Assembly (NCBI GenBank): GCA_964016885.1
Contig: OZ024766.1
Span: 14,694,001-14,758,000, forward strand
Direction of reading: 5' to 3'
Length of the DNA: 64,000 bases
From: Eledone cirrhosa
Taxonomy: Eukaryota
Positions 12,101-27,407 of the stretch are shown here, piece after piece (the stretch's first letter is position 1; each line of letters starts with the position of its first letter). Both the position numbers and the translations under genes were made by a program. Below the pieces are notes generated by a model. It ran no database searches. It saw nothing but the letters and a program-made list of their open reading frames with translations, and was not told where the DNA came from.

Positions 12101-15100
12101 TAGACCAGGTCACTACTCAGAGAGAGCCATTGACCTCTCGGACAGGTCATCACAGACCAGGTCAGTACTCAGAGAGAGCCACTGACCTCTCGGACAGGTC
12201 ATCACAGACCAGGTCACTACTCAGAGAGAGTCACTGACCTCTCATACAGGTCATCACAGACCAGGTCACTACTCAGAGAGTACTGACCTCTCGGACAGGT
12301 CATCACAGACCAGGTCACTACTCAGAGAGAGCCACTGACCTCTCGGAGAGGTCATCACAGACCAGGTCACTACTCAGAGAGTACTGACCTCTCGGACAGG
12401 TCATCACAGACCAGGTCAGTACTCAGAGAGAGTACTGACCTCTCGGACAGGTCATCACAGACCAGGTCACTACTCAGAGAGTACTGACCTCTCGGACAGG
12501 TCATCACAGACCAGGTCACTACTCAGAGAGAGTCACTGACCTCTCGGAGAGGTCATCACAGACCAGGTCACTACTGAGAGAGTACTGACCTCTCATACAG
12601 GTCATCACAGACCAGGTCACTACTCAGAGAGAGTCACTGACCTCTCGGACAGGTCATCACAGACCAGGTCAGTACTCAGAGAGTACTGACCTCTCGGACA
12701 GGTCAGTACTCAGAGAGTACTGACCTCTCGGACAGGTCATCACAGACCAGGTCACTACTCAGAGAGTACTGACCTCTCGGACAGGTCATCACAGACCAGG
12801 TCAGTACTCAGAGAGTACTGACCTCTCGGACAGGTCATCACAGACCAGGTCAGTACTCAGGGAGTACTGACCTCTCGGACAGGTCATCACAGACCAGGTC
12901 AGTACTCAGAGAGTACTGACCTCTCGGACAGGTCATCACAGACCAGGTCTGTACTCAGAGAGTACTGACCTCTCGGACAGGTCATCACAGACCAGGTCAC
13001 TACTCAGAGTACTGACCTCTCGGACAGGTCATCACAGACCAGGTCAGTACTCAGAGAGTACTGACCTCTCGGACAGGTCATCACAGACCAGGTCACTACG
13101 CAGAGAGAGCCACTGACCTCTCGGACAGGTCATCACAGACCAGGTCACTACTCAGAGAGAGCCACTGACCTCTCGGACAGGTCATCACAGACCAGGTCAC
13201 TACTCAGAGAGTACTGACCTCTCGGACAGGTCATCACAGACCAGGTCACTACTCAGAGAGTACTGACCTCTCGGACAGGTCATCACAGACCAGGTCACTA
13301 CTCAGAGAGTACTGACCTCTCGGACAGGTCATCACAGACCAGGTCAGTACTCAGAGAGTACTGACCTCTCGGACAGGTCATCACAGACCAGGTCACTACA
13401 CAGAGTACTGACCTCTCGGACAGGTCATCACAGACCAGGTCACTACTCAGAGTACTGACCTCTCGGACAGGTCATCACAGACCAGGTCAGTACTCAGAGA
13501 GAGGCACTGACCTCTCGGACAGGTTATCACAGACCAGGTCACTACTCAGAGAGTACTGACCTCTCGGACAGATCACAGACCAGGTCACTACTCAGAGAGT
13601 ACTGACCTCTCGGACAGGTCATCACAGACCAGGTCACTACTCAGAGAGAGGCACTGACCTCTCGGACAGGTCATCACAGACCAGGTGACTACTCAGAGAG
13701 TACTGACCTCTCGGACAGGTCATCACAGACCAGGTCACTACTCAGAGAGAGCCACTGACCTCTCAGACAGGTCATCACAGACCAGGTCACTACTCAGAGA
13801 GTACTGACCTCTCGGACAGGTCATCACAGACCAGGTCACTACTCAGAGTCACTGACCTCTCAGACAGGTCATCACAGACCAGGTCACTACTCAGAGAGAG
13901 TCACTGACCTCTCAGACAGGTCATCACAGACCAGGTCACTACTCAGAGAGAGTCACTGACCGCTCGGACAGGTCATCACAGACCAGGTCACTACTCAGAG
14001 AGTACTGACCTCTCGGACAGGTCATCACAGACCAGGTCAGTACTCAGAGAATACTGACCTCTCGGACAGGTCATCACAGACCAGGTCACTACTCAGAGTA
14101 CTGACCTCTCGGACAGGTCATCACAGACCAGGTCACTACTCAGAGAGTCACTGACCTCTCAGACAGGTCATCACAGACCAGGTCACTACTCAGAGAGTAC
14201 TGACCTCTCGGACAGGTCATCACAGACCAGGTCACTACTCAGAGAGAGTCACTAACCTCTCGGACAGGTCATCACAGACCAGGTCACTACTCAGAGTACT
14301 GACCTCTCGGACAGGTAATCACAGACCAGGTCAGTACTCAGAGAATACTGACCTCTCGGACAGGTCATCACAGACCAGGTCACTACTCAGAGTACTGACC
14401 TCTCGGACAGGTCATCACAGACCAGGTCACTACTCAGAGTCACTGACCTCTCAGACATGTCATCACAGACCAGGTCACTACTCAGAGAGAGTCACTGACC
14501 TCTCGGACAGGTCACCACAGACCAGGTCACTACTCAGAGAGTACTGACCTCTCAGACAGGTCATCACAGACAAGGTCACTACTCAGAGAGTACTGACCTC
14601 GCAGACAGGTCATCACAGACCAGGTCACTACTCAGAGAGTACTGACCTCTCGGACAGGTAATCACAGACCAGGTCACTACTCAGAGAGTACTGACCTCTC
14701 AGACAGGTCATCACAGACCAGGTCACTACTCAGAGAGAGCCACTGACCTCTCAGACAGGTCATCACAGACCAGGTCAGTACTCAGAGTACTGACCTCTCG
14801 GATAGGTCATCACAGACCAGGTCACTACTCAGAGAGTACTGACCTCTCGGACAGGTCAGTACTCAGAGAGTACTGACCTCTCGGACAGGTCAGTACTCAG
14901 AGAGTACTGACCTCTCAGACAGGTCATCACAGACCAGGTCACTACTCAGAGTACTGACCTCTCGGATAGGTCATCACAGACCAGGTCACTACTCAGAGAG
15001 TACTGACCTCTCGGACAGGTCATCACAGACCAGGTCACTACTCAGAGAGAGGCACTGACCTCTCGGACAGGTCATCACAGACCAGGTCACTACTCAGAGA

Positions 15101-18100
15101 GTACTGACCTCTCGGACAGGTCATCACAGACCAGGTCACTACTCAGAGAGTACTGACCTCTCATACAGGTCATCACAGACCAGGTCACTACTCAGAGAGT
15201 ACTGACCTCTCAGACAGGTCATCACAGACCAGGTCAGTACTCAGAGAGAGTACTGACCTCTCGGACAGGTCATCACAGACCAGGTCACTACTCAGAGAGT
15301 ACTGACCTCTCAGACAGGTCATCACAGACCAGGGCACTACTCAGAGAGTACTGACCTCTCGGACAGGTCATCACAGACCAGGTCACTATTCAGAGAGAGC
15401 CACTGACCTCTCGGACAGGTCATCACAGACCAGGTCACTACTCAGAGAGTACTGACCTCTCGGACAGGTCATCACAGACCAGGTCTCTACTCAGAGAGAG
15501 CCATTGACCTCTCGGACAGGTCATCACAGACCAGGTCACTACTCAGAGAGTGACTGACCTCTCATACAGGTCATCACAGACCAGGTCACTACTTAGAGAG
15601 TACTGACCTCTCGGACAGGTCATCACAGACCAGGTCACTACTCAGAGAGTACTGACCTCTCGGACAGGTCATCACAGACCAGGTCACTACTCAGAGAGAG
15701 TCACTGACCTCTCAGACAGGTCATCACAGACCTATCGGACAGGTCATCACAGACCAGGTCACTACTCAGAGAGTACTGACCTCTCGGACAGGTCACTACT
15801 CAGAGAGAGTCACTGACCTCTCGGACAGGTCATCACAGACCAGGTCACTACTCAGAGAGAGCCACTGACCTCTCGGAGAGGTCATCACAGACCAGGTCAC
15901 TACTCAGAGAGTACTGACCTCTCGGACAGGTCATCACAGACCAGGTCAGTACTCAGAGAGAGTACTGACCTCTCGGACAGGTCATCACAGACCAGGTCAC
16001 TACTCAGAGAGAGTCACTGACCTCTCGGACAGGTCATTACAGACCAGGTCACTACTCAGAGAGTACTGACCTCTCGGACAGGTCATCACAGACCAGGTCA
16101 CTACTCAGAGAGAGTCACTGACCTCTCGGACAGGTCATCACAGACCAGGTCACTACTGTGAGAGTACTGACCTCTCATACAGGTCATCACAGACCAGGTC
16201 ACTACTCAGAGAGAGTCACTGACCTCTCAGACAGGTCATCACAGACCAGGTCACTACTCAGAGAGTACTGACCTCTCGGACAGGTCATCACAGACCAGGT
16301 CAGTACTCAGAGAGTACTGACCTCTCGGACAGGTCATCACAGATCAGGTCAGTACTCAGAGAGTACTGACCTCTCGGACAGGTCATCACAGACCAGGTCA
16401 GTACTCAGGGAGTACTGACCTCTCGGACAGGTCATCACAGACCAGGTCAGTACTCAGAGAGTACTGACCTCTCGGACAGGTCATCACAGACCAGGTCACT
16501 ACTCAGAGAGTACTGACCTCTCGGACAGGTCATCACAGACCAGGTCACTACTCAGAGAGAGCCACTGACCTCTCGGACAGGTCATCACAGAGCAGGTCAC
16601 TACTCAGAGAGTACTGACCTCTCGGACAGGTCATCACAGACCAGGTCACTACTCAGAGAGTACTGACCTCTCGGACAGGTCATCACAGACCAGGTCACTA
16701 CACAGAGAGTACTGACCTCTCGGACAGGTCATCACAGACCAGGTCAGTACTCAGAGAGTACTGACCTCTCGGACAGGTCATCACAGACCAGGTCACTACT
16801 CAGAGTACTGACCTCTCGGACAGGTCATCACAGACCAGGTCACTACTCAGAGTACTGACCTCTCGGACAGGTCATCACAGACCAGGTCAGTACTCAGAGA
16901 GAGGCACTGACCTCTCGGACAGGTTATCACAGACCAGGTCACTACTCAGAGAGTACTGACCTCTCGGACAGATCACAGACCAGGTCACTACTCAGAGAGT
17001 ACTGACCTCTCGGACAGGTCATCACAGACCAGGTCACTACTCAGAGAGAGGCACTGACCTCTCGGACAGGTCATCACAGACCAGGTCACTACTCAGAGAG
17101 TACTGACCTCACGGACAGGTCATCACAGACCAGGTCACTACTCAGAGAGTACTGACCTCTCATACAGGTCATCACAGACCAGGTCACTACTCAGAGAGTA
17201 CTGACCTCTCGGACAGGTCATCACAGACCAGGTCACTACTCAGAGAGCACTGACCTCTCGGACAGGTCATCACAGACCAGGTCACTACTCAGAGAGTACT
17301 GACCTCTCGGACAGGTCATCACAGACCAGGTCACTACTCAGAGAGTACTGACCTCTCGGACAGGTCATCACAGACCAGGTCACTAAGAGAGTACTGACCT
17401 CTCGGACAGGTCATTAGACCAGGTCACTACTCAGAGAGAGCCATTGACCTCTCGGACAGGTCATCACAGACCAGGTCAGTACTCAGAGAGAGCCACTGAC
17501 CTCTCGGACAGGTCATCACAGACCAGGTCACTACTCAGAGAGAGTCACTGACCTCTCATACAGGTCATCACAGACCAGGTCACTACTCAGAGAGTACTGA
17601 CCTCTCGGACAGGTCATCACAGACCAGGTCACTACTCAGAGAGAGCCACTGACCTCTCGGAGAGGTCATCACAGACCAGGTCACTACTCAGAGAGTACTG
17701 ACCTCTCGGACAGGTCATCACAGACCAGGTCAGTACTCAGAGAGAGTACTGACCTCTCGGACAGGTCATCACAGACCAGGTCACTACTCAGAGAGTACTG
17801 ACCTCTCGGACAGGTCATCACAGACCAGGTCACTACTCAGAGAGAGTCACTGACCTCTCGGAGAGGTCATCACAGACCAGGTCACTACTGAGAGAGTACT
17901 GACCTCTCATACAGGTCATCACAGACCAGGTCACTACTCAGAGAGAGTCACTGACCTCTCGGACAGGTCATCACAGACCAGGTCAGTACTCAGAGAGTAC
18001 TGACCTCTCGGACAGGTCAGTACTCAGAGAGTACTGACCTCTCGGACAGGTCATCACAGACCAGGTCACTACTCAGAGAGTACTGACCTCTCGGACAGGT

Positions 18101-21100
18101 CATCACAGACCAGGTCAGTACTCAGAGAGTACTGACCTCTCGGACAGGTCATCACAGACCAGGTCAGTACTCAGGGAGTACTGACCTCTCGGACAGGTCA
18201 TCACAGACCAGGTCAGTACTCAGAGAGTACTGACCTCTCGGACAGGTCATCACAGACCAGGTCTGTACTCAGAGAGTACTGACCTCTCGGACAGGTCATC
18301 ACAGACCAGGTCACTACTCAGAGTACTGACCTCTCGGACAGATCATCACAGACCAGGTCAGTACTCAGAGAGTACTGACCTCTCGGACAGGTCATCACAG
18401 ACCAGGTCACTACGCAGAGAGAGCCACTGACCTCTCGGACAGGTCATCACAGACCAGGTCACTACTCAGAGAGAGCCACTGACCTCTCGGACAGGTCATC
18501 ACAGACCAGGTCACTACTCAGAGAGTACTGACCTCTCGGACAGGTCATCACAGACCAGGTCACTACTCAGAGAGTACTGACCTCTCGGACAGGTCATCAC
18601 AGACCAGGTCACTACTCAGAGAGTACTGACCTCTCGGACAGGTCATCACAGACCAGGTCAGTACTCAGAGAGTACTGACCTCTCGGACAGGTCATCACAG
18701 ACCAGGTCACTACACAGAGTACTGACCTCTCGGACAGGTCATCACAGACCAGGTCACTACTCAGAGTACTGACCTCTCGGACAGGTCATCACAGACCAGG
18801 TCAGTACTCAGAGAGAGGCACTGACCTCTCGGACAGGTTATCACAGACCAGGTCACTACTCAGAGAGTACTGACCTCTCGGACAGATCACAGACCAGGTC
18901 ACTACTCAGAGAGTACTGACCTCTCGGACAGGTCATCACAGACCAGGTCACTACTCAGAGAGAGGCACTGACCTCTCGGACAGGTCATCACAGACCAGGT
19001 GACTACTCAGAGAGTACTGACCTCTCGGACAGGTCATCACAGACCAGGTCACTACTCAGAGAGAGCCACTGACCTCTCAGACAGGTCATCACAGACCAGG
19101 TCACTACTCAGAGAGTACTGACCTCTCGGACAGGTCATCACAGACCAGGTCACTACTCAGAGTCACTGACCTCTCAGACAGGTCATCACAGACCAGGTCA
19201 CTACTCAGAGAGAGTCACTGACCTCTCAGACAGGTCATCACAGACCAGGTCACTACTCAGAGAGAGTCACTGACCGCTCGGACAGGTCATCACAGACCAG
19301 GTCACTACTCAGAGAGTACTGACCTCTCGGACAGGTCATCACAGACCAGGTCAGTACTCAGAGAATACTGACCTCTCGGACAGGTCATCACAGACCAGGT
19401 CACTACTCAGAGTACTGACCTCTCGGACAGGTCATCACAGACCAGGTCACTACTCAGAGAGTCACTGACCTCTCAGACAGGTCATCACAGACCAGGTCAC
19501 TACTCAGAGAGTACTGACCTCTCGGACAGGTCATCACAGACCAGGTCACTACTCAGAGAGAGTCACTAACCTCTCGGACAGGTCATCACAGACCAGGTCA
19601 CTACTCAGAGTACTGACCTCTCGGACAGGTAATCACAGACCAGGTCAGTACTCAGAGAATACTGACCTCTCGGACAGGTCATCACAGACCAGGTCACTAC
19701 TCAGAGTACTGACCTCTCGGACAGGTCATCACAGACCAGGTCACTACTCAGAGTCACTGACCTCTCAGACATGTCATCACAGACCAGGTCACTACTCAGA
19801 GAGAGTCACTGACCTCTCGGACAGGTCACCACAGACCAGGTCACTACTCAGAGAGTACTGACCTCTCAGACAGGTCATCACAGACAAGGTCACTACTCAG
19901 AGAGTACTGACCTCGCAGACAGGTCATCACAGACCAGGTCACTACTCAGAGAGTACTGACCTCTCGGACAGGTAATCACAGACCAGGTCACTACTCAGAG
20001 AGTACTGACCTCTCAGACAGGTCATCACAGACCAGGTCACTACTCAGAGAGAGCCACTGACCTCTCAGACAGGTCATCACAGACCAGGTCAGTACTCAGA
20101 GTACTGACCTCTCGGATAGGTCATCACAGACCAGGTCACTACTCAGAGAGTACTGACCTCTCGGACAGGTCAGTACTCAGAGAGTACTGACCTCTCGGAC
20201 AGGTCAGTACTCAGAGAGTACTGACCTCTCAGACAGGTCATCACAGACCAGGTCACTACTCAGAGTACTGACCTCTCGGATAGGTCATCACAGACCAGGT
20301 CACTACTCAGAGAGTACTGACCTCTCGGACAGGTCATCACAGACCAGGTCACTACTCAGAGAGAGGCACTGACCTCTCGGACAGGTCATCACAGACCAGG
20401 TCACTACTCAGAGAGTACTGACCTCTCGGACAGGTCATCACAGACCAGGTCACTACTCAGAGAGTACTGACCTCTCATACAGGTCATCACAGACCAGGTC
20501 ACTACTCAGAGAGTACTGACCTCTCAGACAGGTCATCACAGACCAGGTCAGTACTCAGAGAGAGTACTGACCTCTCGGACAGGTCATCACAGACCAGGTC
20601 ACTACTCAGAGAGTACTGACCTCTCAGACAGGTCATCACAGACCAGGGCACTACTCAGAGAGTACTGACCTCTCGGACAGGTCATCACAGACCAGGTCAC
20701 TATTCAGAGAGAGCCACTGACCTCTCGGACAGGTCATCACAGACCAGGTCACTACTCAGAGAGTACTGACCTCTCGGACAGGTCATCACAGACCAGGTCT
20801 CTACTCAGAGAGAGCCATTGACCTCTCGGACAGGTCATCACAGACCAGGTCACTACTCAGAGAGTGACTGACCTCTCATACAGGTCATCACAGACCAGGT
20901 CACTACTTAGAGAGTACTGACCTCTCGGACAGGTCATCACAGACCAGGTCACTACTCAGAGAGTACTGACCTCTCGGACAGGTCATCACAGACCAGGTCA
21001 CTACTCAGAGAGAGTCACTGACCTCTCAGACAGGTCATCACAGACCTATCGGACAGGTCATCACAGACCAGGTCACTACTCAGAGAGTACTGACCTCTCG

Positions 21101-24100
21101 GACAGGTCACTACTCAGAGAGAGTCACTGACCTCTCGGACAGGTCATCACAGACCAGGTCACTACTCAGAGAGTACTGACCTCTCGGACAGGTCATCACA
21201 GACCAGGTCACTACTCAGAGAGCCACTGACCTCTCAGACAGGTCATCACAGACCAGGTCACTACTCAGAGAGTACTGACCTCTCGGACAGGTCATCACAG
21301 ACCAGGTCACTACTCAGAGAGCCACTGACCTCTCGGACAGGTCATCACAGACCAGGTCACTACTCAGAGAGAGTCACTGACCTCTCGGACAGGTCATCAC
21401 AGACCAGGTCACTACTCAGAGAGTACTGACCTCTCGGACAGGTCATCACAGACCAGGTCACTACTCAGAGAGTACTGACCTCTCGGACAGGTCATCACAG
21501 ACCAGGTCACTACGCAGAGAGAGCCACTGACCTCTCGGACAGGTCATCACAGACCAGGTCACTACTCAGAGAGAGCCACTGACCTCTCGGACAGGTCATC
21601 ACAGACCAGGTCACTACTCAGAGAGTACTGACCTCTCGGACAGGTCATCACAGACCAGGTCACTACTCAGAGAGTACTGACCTCTCGGACAGGTCATCAC
21701 AGACCAGGTCACTACTCAGAGAGTACTGACCTCTCGGACAGGTCATCACAGACCAGGTCAGTACTCAGAGAGTACTGACCTCTCGGACAGGTCATCACAG
21801 ACCAGGTCACTACACAGAGTACTGACCTCTCGGACAGGTCATCACAGACCAGGTCACTACTCAGAGTACTGACCTCTCGGACAGGTCATCACAGACCAGG
21901 TCAGTACTCAGAGAGAGGCACTGACCTCTCGGACAGGTTATCACAGACCAGGTCACTACTCAGAGAGTACTGACCTCTCGGACAGATCACAGACCAGGTC
22001 ACTACTCAGAGAGTACTGACCTCTCGGACAGGTCATCACAGACCAGGTCACTACTCAGAGAGAGGCACTGACCTCTCGGACATGTCATCACAGACCAGGT
22101 GACTACTCAGAGAGTACTGACCTCTCGGACAGGTTCATCACAGACCAGGTCACTACTCAGAGAGAGCCACTGACCTCTCAGACAGGTCATCACAGACCAG
22201 GTCACTACTCAGAGAGTACTGACCTCTCGGACAGGTCATCACAGACCAGGTCACTACTCAGAGTCACTGACCTCTCAGACAGGTCATCACAGACCAGGTC
22301 ACTACTCAGAGAGAGTCACTGACCTCTCAGACAGGTCATCACTGACCAGGTCACTACTCAGAGAGTACTGACCTCTTGGACAGGTCATCACAGACCAGGT
22401 CACTACTCAGAGAGTACTGACCTCTCGGACAGGTCATCACAGACCAGGTCAGTACTCAGAGAATACTGACCTCTCGGACAGGTCATCACAGACCAGGTCA
22501 CTACTAAGAGTACTGACCTCTCGGACAGGTCATCACAGACCAGGTCACTACTCAGAGAGTCACTGACCTCTCAGACAGGTCACTACTCAGAGAGTACTGA
22601 CCTCTCGGACAGGTCATCACAGACCAGGTCACTACTCAGAGAGAGTCACTAACCTCTCGGACAGGTCATCACAGACCAGGTCACTACTCAGAGTACTGAC
22701 CTCTCGGACAGGTAATCACAGACCAGGTCAGTACTCAGAGAATACTGACCTCTCGGACAGGTCATCACAGACCAGGTCACTACTCAGAGTACTGACCTCT
22801 CGGACAGGTCATCACAGACCAGGTCACTACTCAGAGTCACTGACCTCTCAGACATGTCATCACAGACCAGGTCACTACTCAGAGAGAGTCACTGACCTCT
22901 CGGACAGGTCACCACAGACCAGGTCACTACTCAGAGAGTACTGACCTCTCAGACAGGTCATCACAGACAAGGTCACTACTCAGAGAGTACTGACCTCGCA
23001 GACAGGTCATCACAGACCAGGTCACTACTCAGAGAGTACTGACCTCTCGGACAGGTAATCACAGACCAGGTCACTACTCAGAGAGTACTGACCTCTCAGA
23101 CAGGTCATCACAGACCAGGTCACTACTCAGAGAGAGCCACTGACCTCTCAGACAGGTCATCACAGACCAGGTCAGTACTCAGAGTACTGACCTCTCGGAT
23201 AGGTCATCACAGACCAGGTCACTACTCAGAGAGTACTGACCTCTCGGACAGGTCAGTACTCAGAGAGTACTGACCTCTCGGACAGGTCAGTACTCAGAGA
23301 GTACTGACCTCTCAGACAGGTCATCACAGACCAGGTCACTACTCAGAGTACTGACCTCTCGGATAGGTCATCACAGACCAGGTCACTACTCAGAGAGTAC
23401 TGACCTCTCGGACAGGTCATCACAGACCAGGTCACTACTCAGAGAGAGGCACTGACCTCTCGGACAGGTCATCACAGACCAGGTCACTACTCAGAGAGTA
23501 CTGACCTCTCGGACAGGTCATCACAGACCAGGTCACTACTCAGAGAGTACTGACCTCTCATACAGGTCATCACAGACCAGGTCACTACTCAGAGAGTACT
23601 GACCTCTCAGACAGGTCATCACAGACCAGGTCAGTACTCAGAGAGAGTACTGACCTCTCGGACAGGTCATCACAGACCAGGTCACTACTCAGAGAGTACT
23701 GACCTCTCAGACAGGTCATCACAGACCAGGTCACTACTCAGAGAGTACTGACCTCTCGGACAGGTCATCACAGACCAGGTCACTATTCAGAGAGAGCCAC
23801 TGACCTCTCGGACAGGTCATCACAGACCAGGTCACTACTCAGAGAGTACTGACCTCTCGGACAGGTCATCACAGACCAGGTCACTACTCAGAGAGAGCCA
23901 TTGACCTCTCGGACAGGTCATCACAGACCAGGTCACTACTCAGAGAGTGACTGACCTCTCATACAGGTCATCACAGACCAGGTCACTACTTAGAGAGTAC
24001 TGACCTCTCGGACAGGTCATCACAGACCAGGTCACTACTCAGAGAGTACTGACCTCTCGGACAGGTCATCACAGACCAGGTCACTACTCAGAGAGAGTCA

Positions 24101-25680
24101 CTGACCTCTCAGACAGGTCATCACAGACCTATCGGACAGGTCATCACAGACCAGGTCACTACTCAGAGAGTACTGACCTCTCGGACAGGTCACTACTCAG
24201 AGAGAGTCACTGACCTCTCGGACAGGTCATCACAGACCAGGTCACTACTCAGAGAGTACTGACCTCTCGGACAGGTCATCACAGACCAGGTCACTACTCA
24301 GAGAGCCACTGACCTCTCAGACAGGTCATCACAGACCAGGTCACTACTCAGAGAGTACTGACCTCTCGGACAGGTCATCACAGACCAGGTCACTACTCAG
24401 AGAGCCACTGACCTCTCGGACAGGTCATCACAGACCAGGTCACTACTCAGAGAGAGTCACTGACCTCTCGGACAGGTCATCACAGACCAGGTCACTACTC
24501 AGAGAGTACTGACCTCTCGGACAGGTCATCACAGACCAGGTCACTACTCAGAGAGTACTGACCTCTCGGACAGGTCATCACAGACCAGGTCACTACTCAG
24601 AGAGAGCCATTGACCTCTCGGACAGGTCATCACAGACCAGGTCAGTACTCAGAGAGAGCCACTGACCTCTCGGACAGGTCATCACAGACCAGGTCACTAC
24701 TCAGAGAGTCACTGACCTCTCATACAGGTCACTACTCAGAGAGTACTGACCTCTCGGACAGGTCATCACAGACCAGGTCACTACTCAGAGAGAGCCACTG
24801 ACCTCTCGGCAGGTCATCACAGACCAGGTCACTACTCAGAGAGTACTGACCTCTCGGACAGGTCATCACAGACCAGGTCACTACTCAGAGAGAGTCACTG
24901 ACCTCTCGGACAGGTCATCACAGACCAGGTCACTACTCAGAGTACTGACCTCTCGGACAGGTCATTATAGACCAGGTCACTACTCAGAGTCACTGACCTC
25001 TCGGACAGGTCATCACAGACCAGGTCACTACTCAGAGTCACTGACCTCTCGGACAGGTCATCACAGACCAGGTCACTACTCAGAGAGAGTCACTGACCTC
25101 TCGGACAGGTCATTACAGACCAGGTCACTACTCAGAGAGTACTGACCTCTCGGACAGGTCATCACAGACCAGGTCACTACTCAGAGAGTACTGACCTCTC
25201 GGACAGGTCATCACAGACCAGGTCACTACTCAGAGAGTACTGACCTCTCGGACAGGTCACTACTCAGAGAGTCACTGACCTCTCAGACAGGTCATCACAG
25301 ACCAGGTCACTGACCTCTCGGACAGGTCATCACAGACCAGGTCACTTCTCAGAGAGAGTCACTGACCTCTCGGACAGGTCATCACAGACCAGGTCACTAC
25401 TCAGAGAGTACTGACCTCTCGGACAGGTCATCACAGACCAGGTCACTACTCAGAGAGAGTCACTTACCTCTCGGACAGGTCATCACAGACCAGGTCACTA
25501 CTCAGAGAGTACTGACCTCTCGGACAGGTCATCACAGACCAGGTCACTACTCAGAGAGAGTCACTGACCTCTCGGACAGGTCATCACAGACCAGGTCACT
25601 ACTCAGAGAGTACTGACCTCTCAGACAGGTCATCACGGACCAGGTCACTACTCAATCAGAGAGAGCCACTGACCTCTCAG
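9126..25680. repeat. Roughly 49-bp (47-52) satellite (tcatcacagaccaggtcactactcagagagtactgacctctcggacagg), 16.5 kb, with higher-order duplications
   Basis: Direct reading. Rare variants recur at a 5314-bp offset. Confidence 0.95.
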
Positions 25681-25807
25681 ATGAAGTGGAGACCTCAATC
25701 TTCCTTTCTTACATACTCACACTCTACTGGGTGCCCAAACAGAGCAGTGGTCAGCATCTCGCTTACATATGTCCTAACGCTCAACAGAATGTATTTTATA
25801 GTGGCAG

Positions 25808-27344
25808 CAACACTAGGGAGGTTGTCATGTCCTTGACCCTTTATTTAGCAGGTTTTCTACAGCATGATACTCATCCTAACACCAACCACTGGCTCCTCCC
25901 ATCTCTTAGTTTGGCAAGTTTTCTACGGCTGGATGTATACCATCAACCACTTGACAGAGTGTACTGGGTGTGGCACCAACACTAGGGAGGTTGTCATGTC
26001 CTTGACCCTTTATTTAGCAGGTTTTCTACAGCATGATACTCATCCTAACACCAACCACTGGCTCCTCCCATCTCTTAGTTTGGCAAGTTTTCTACGGCTG
26101 GATGTATACCATCAACCACTTGACAGAGTGTACTGGGTGTGGCACCAACACTAGGGAGGTTGTCATGTCCTTGACCCTTTATTTAGCAGGTTTTCTACAG
26201 CATGATACTCATCCTAACACCAACCACTGGCTCCTCCCATCTCTTAGTTTGGCAAGTTTTCTACGGCTGGATGTATACCATCAACCACTTGACAGAGTGT
26301 ACTGGGTGTGTCACCAGCACTAGGGAGGTTGTCATGTCCTTGACCCTTTATTTAGCAGGTTTTCTACAGCATGATACTCATCCTAACACCAACCACTGGC
26401 TCCTCCCATCTCTTAGTTTGGCAAGTTTTCTACGGCTGGATGTATACCATCAACCACTTGACAGAGTGTACTGGGTGTGGCACCAACACTAGGGAGGTTG
26501 TCATGTCCTTGACCCTTTATTTAGCAGGTTTTCTACAGCATGATACTCATCCTAACACCAACCACTGGCTCCTCCCATCTCTTAGTTTGGCAAGTTTTCT
26601 ACGGCTGGATGTATACCATCAACCACTTGACAGAGTGTACTGGGTGTGGCACCAACACTAGGGAGGTTGTCATGTCCTTGACCCTTTATTTAGCAGGTTT
26701 TCTACAGCATGATACTCATCCTAACACCAACCACTGGCTCCTCCCATCTCTTAGTTTGGCAAGTTTTCTACGGCTGGATGTATACCATCAACCACTTGAC
26801 AGAGTGTACTGGGTGTGGCACCAACACTAGGGAGGTTGTCATGTCCTTGACCCTTTATTTAGCAGGTTTTCTACAGCATGATACTCATCCTAACACCAAC
26901 CACTGGCTCCTCCCATCTCTTAGTTTGGCAAGTTTTCTATTGCTGGATGTATACCATCAACCACTTGACAGAGTGTACTGGGTGTGGCACCAACACTAGG
27001 GAGGTTGTCATGTCCTTGACCCTTTATTTAGCAGGTTTTCTACAACATGATACTCATCCTAACACAAACCACTGGCTCCTCCCATCTCTTAGTTTGGCAA
27101 GTTTTCTACGGCTGGATGTATACCATCAACCACTTGACAGAGTGTACTGGGTGTGGCACCAACACTAGGGAGGTTGTCATGTCCTTGACCCTTTATTTAG
27201 CAGGTTTTCTACAGCATGATACTCATCCTAACACCAACCACTGGCTCCTCCCATCTCTTAGTTTGGCAAGTTTTCTACGGCTGGATGTATACCATCAACC
27301 ACTTGACAGAGTGTACTGGGTGTGTCACCAGCACTAGGGAGGTT
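25808..27344. repeat. 169-bp tandem repeat, about 9 copies, SINE-derived
   Basis: ORF-track starts are spaced 169 bp apart. The unit contains ttttctacggctggatg...cctaacaccaaccac, also seen in the SINE at 35181-35590. Confidence 0.9.
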
Positions 27345-27407
27345 GGTCGTTAACACAACTGAAGGGACCTTACTTGGCAAGTGGGTACATATGAAATTTT
27401 TACATAC

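Noticed and set aside
7401-25680. CRISPR-like array (short palindromic repeats)
   Set aside because: No unique spacers, no cas genes, eukaryotic context. It is a plain tandem satellite.
25686-27337. Series of 96-aa ORFs
   Set aside because: Produced by the 169-bp SINE-derived tandem repeat.
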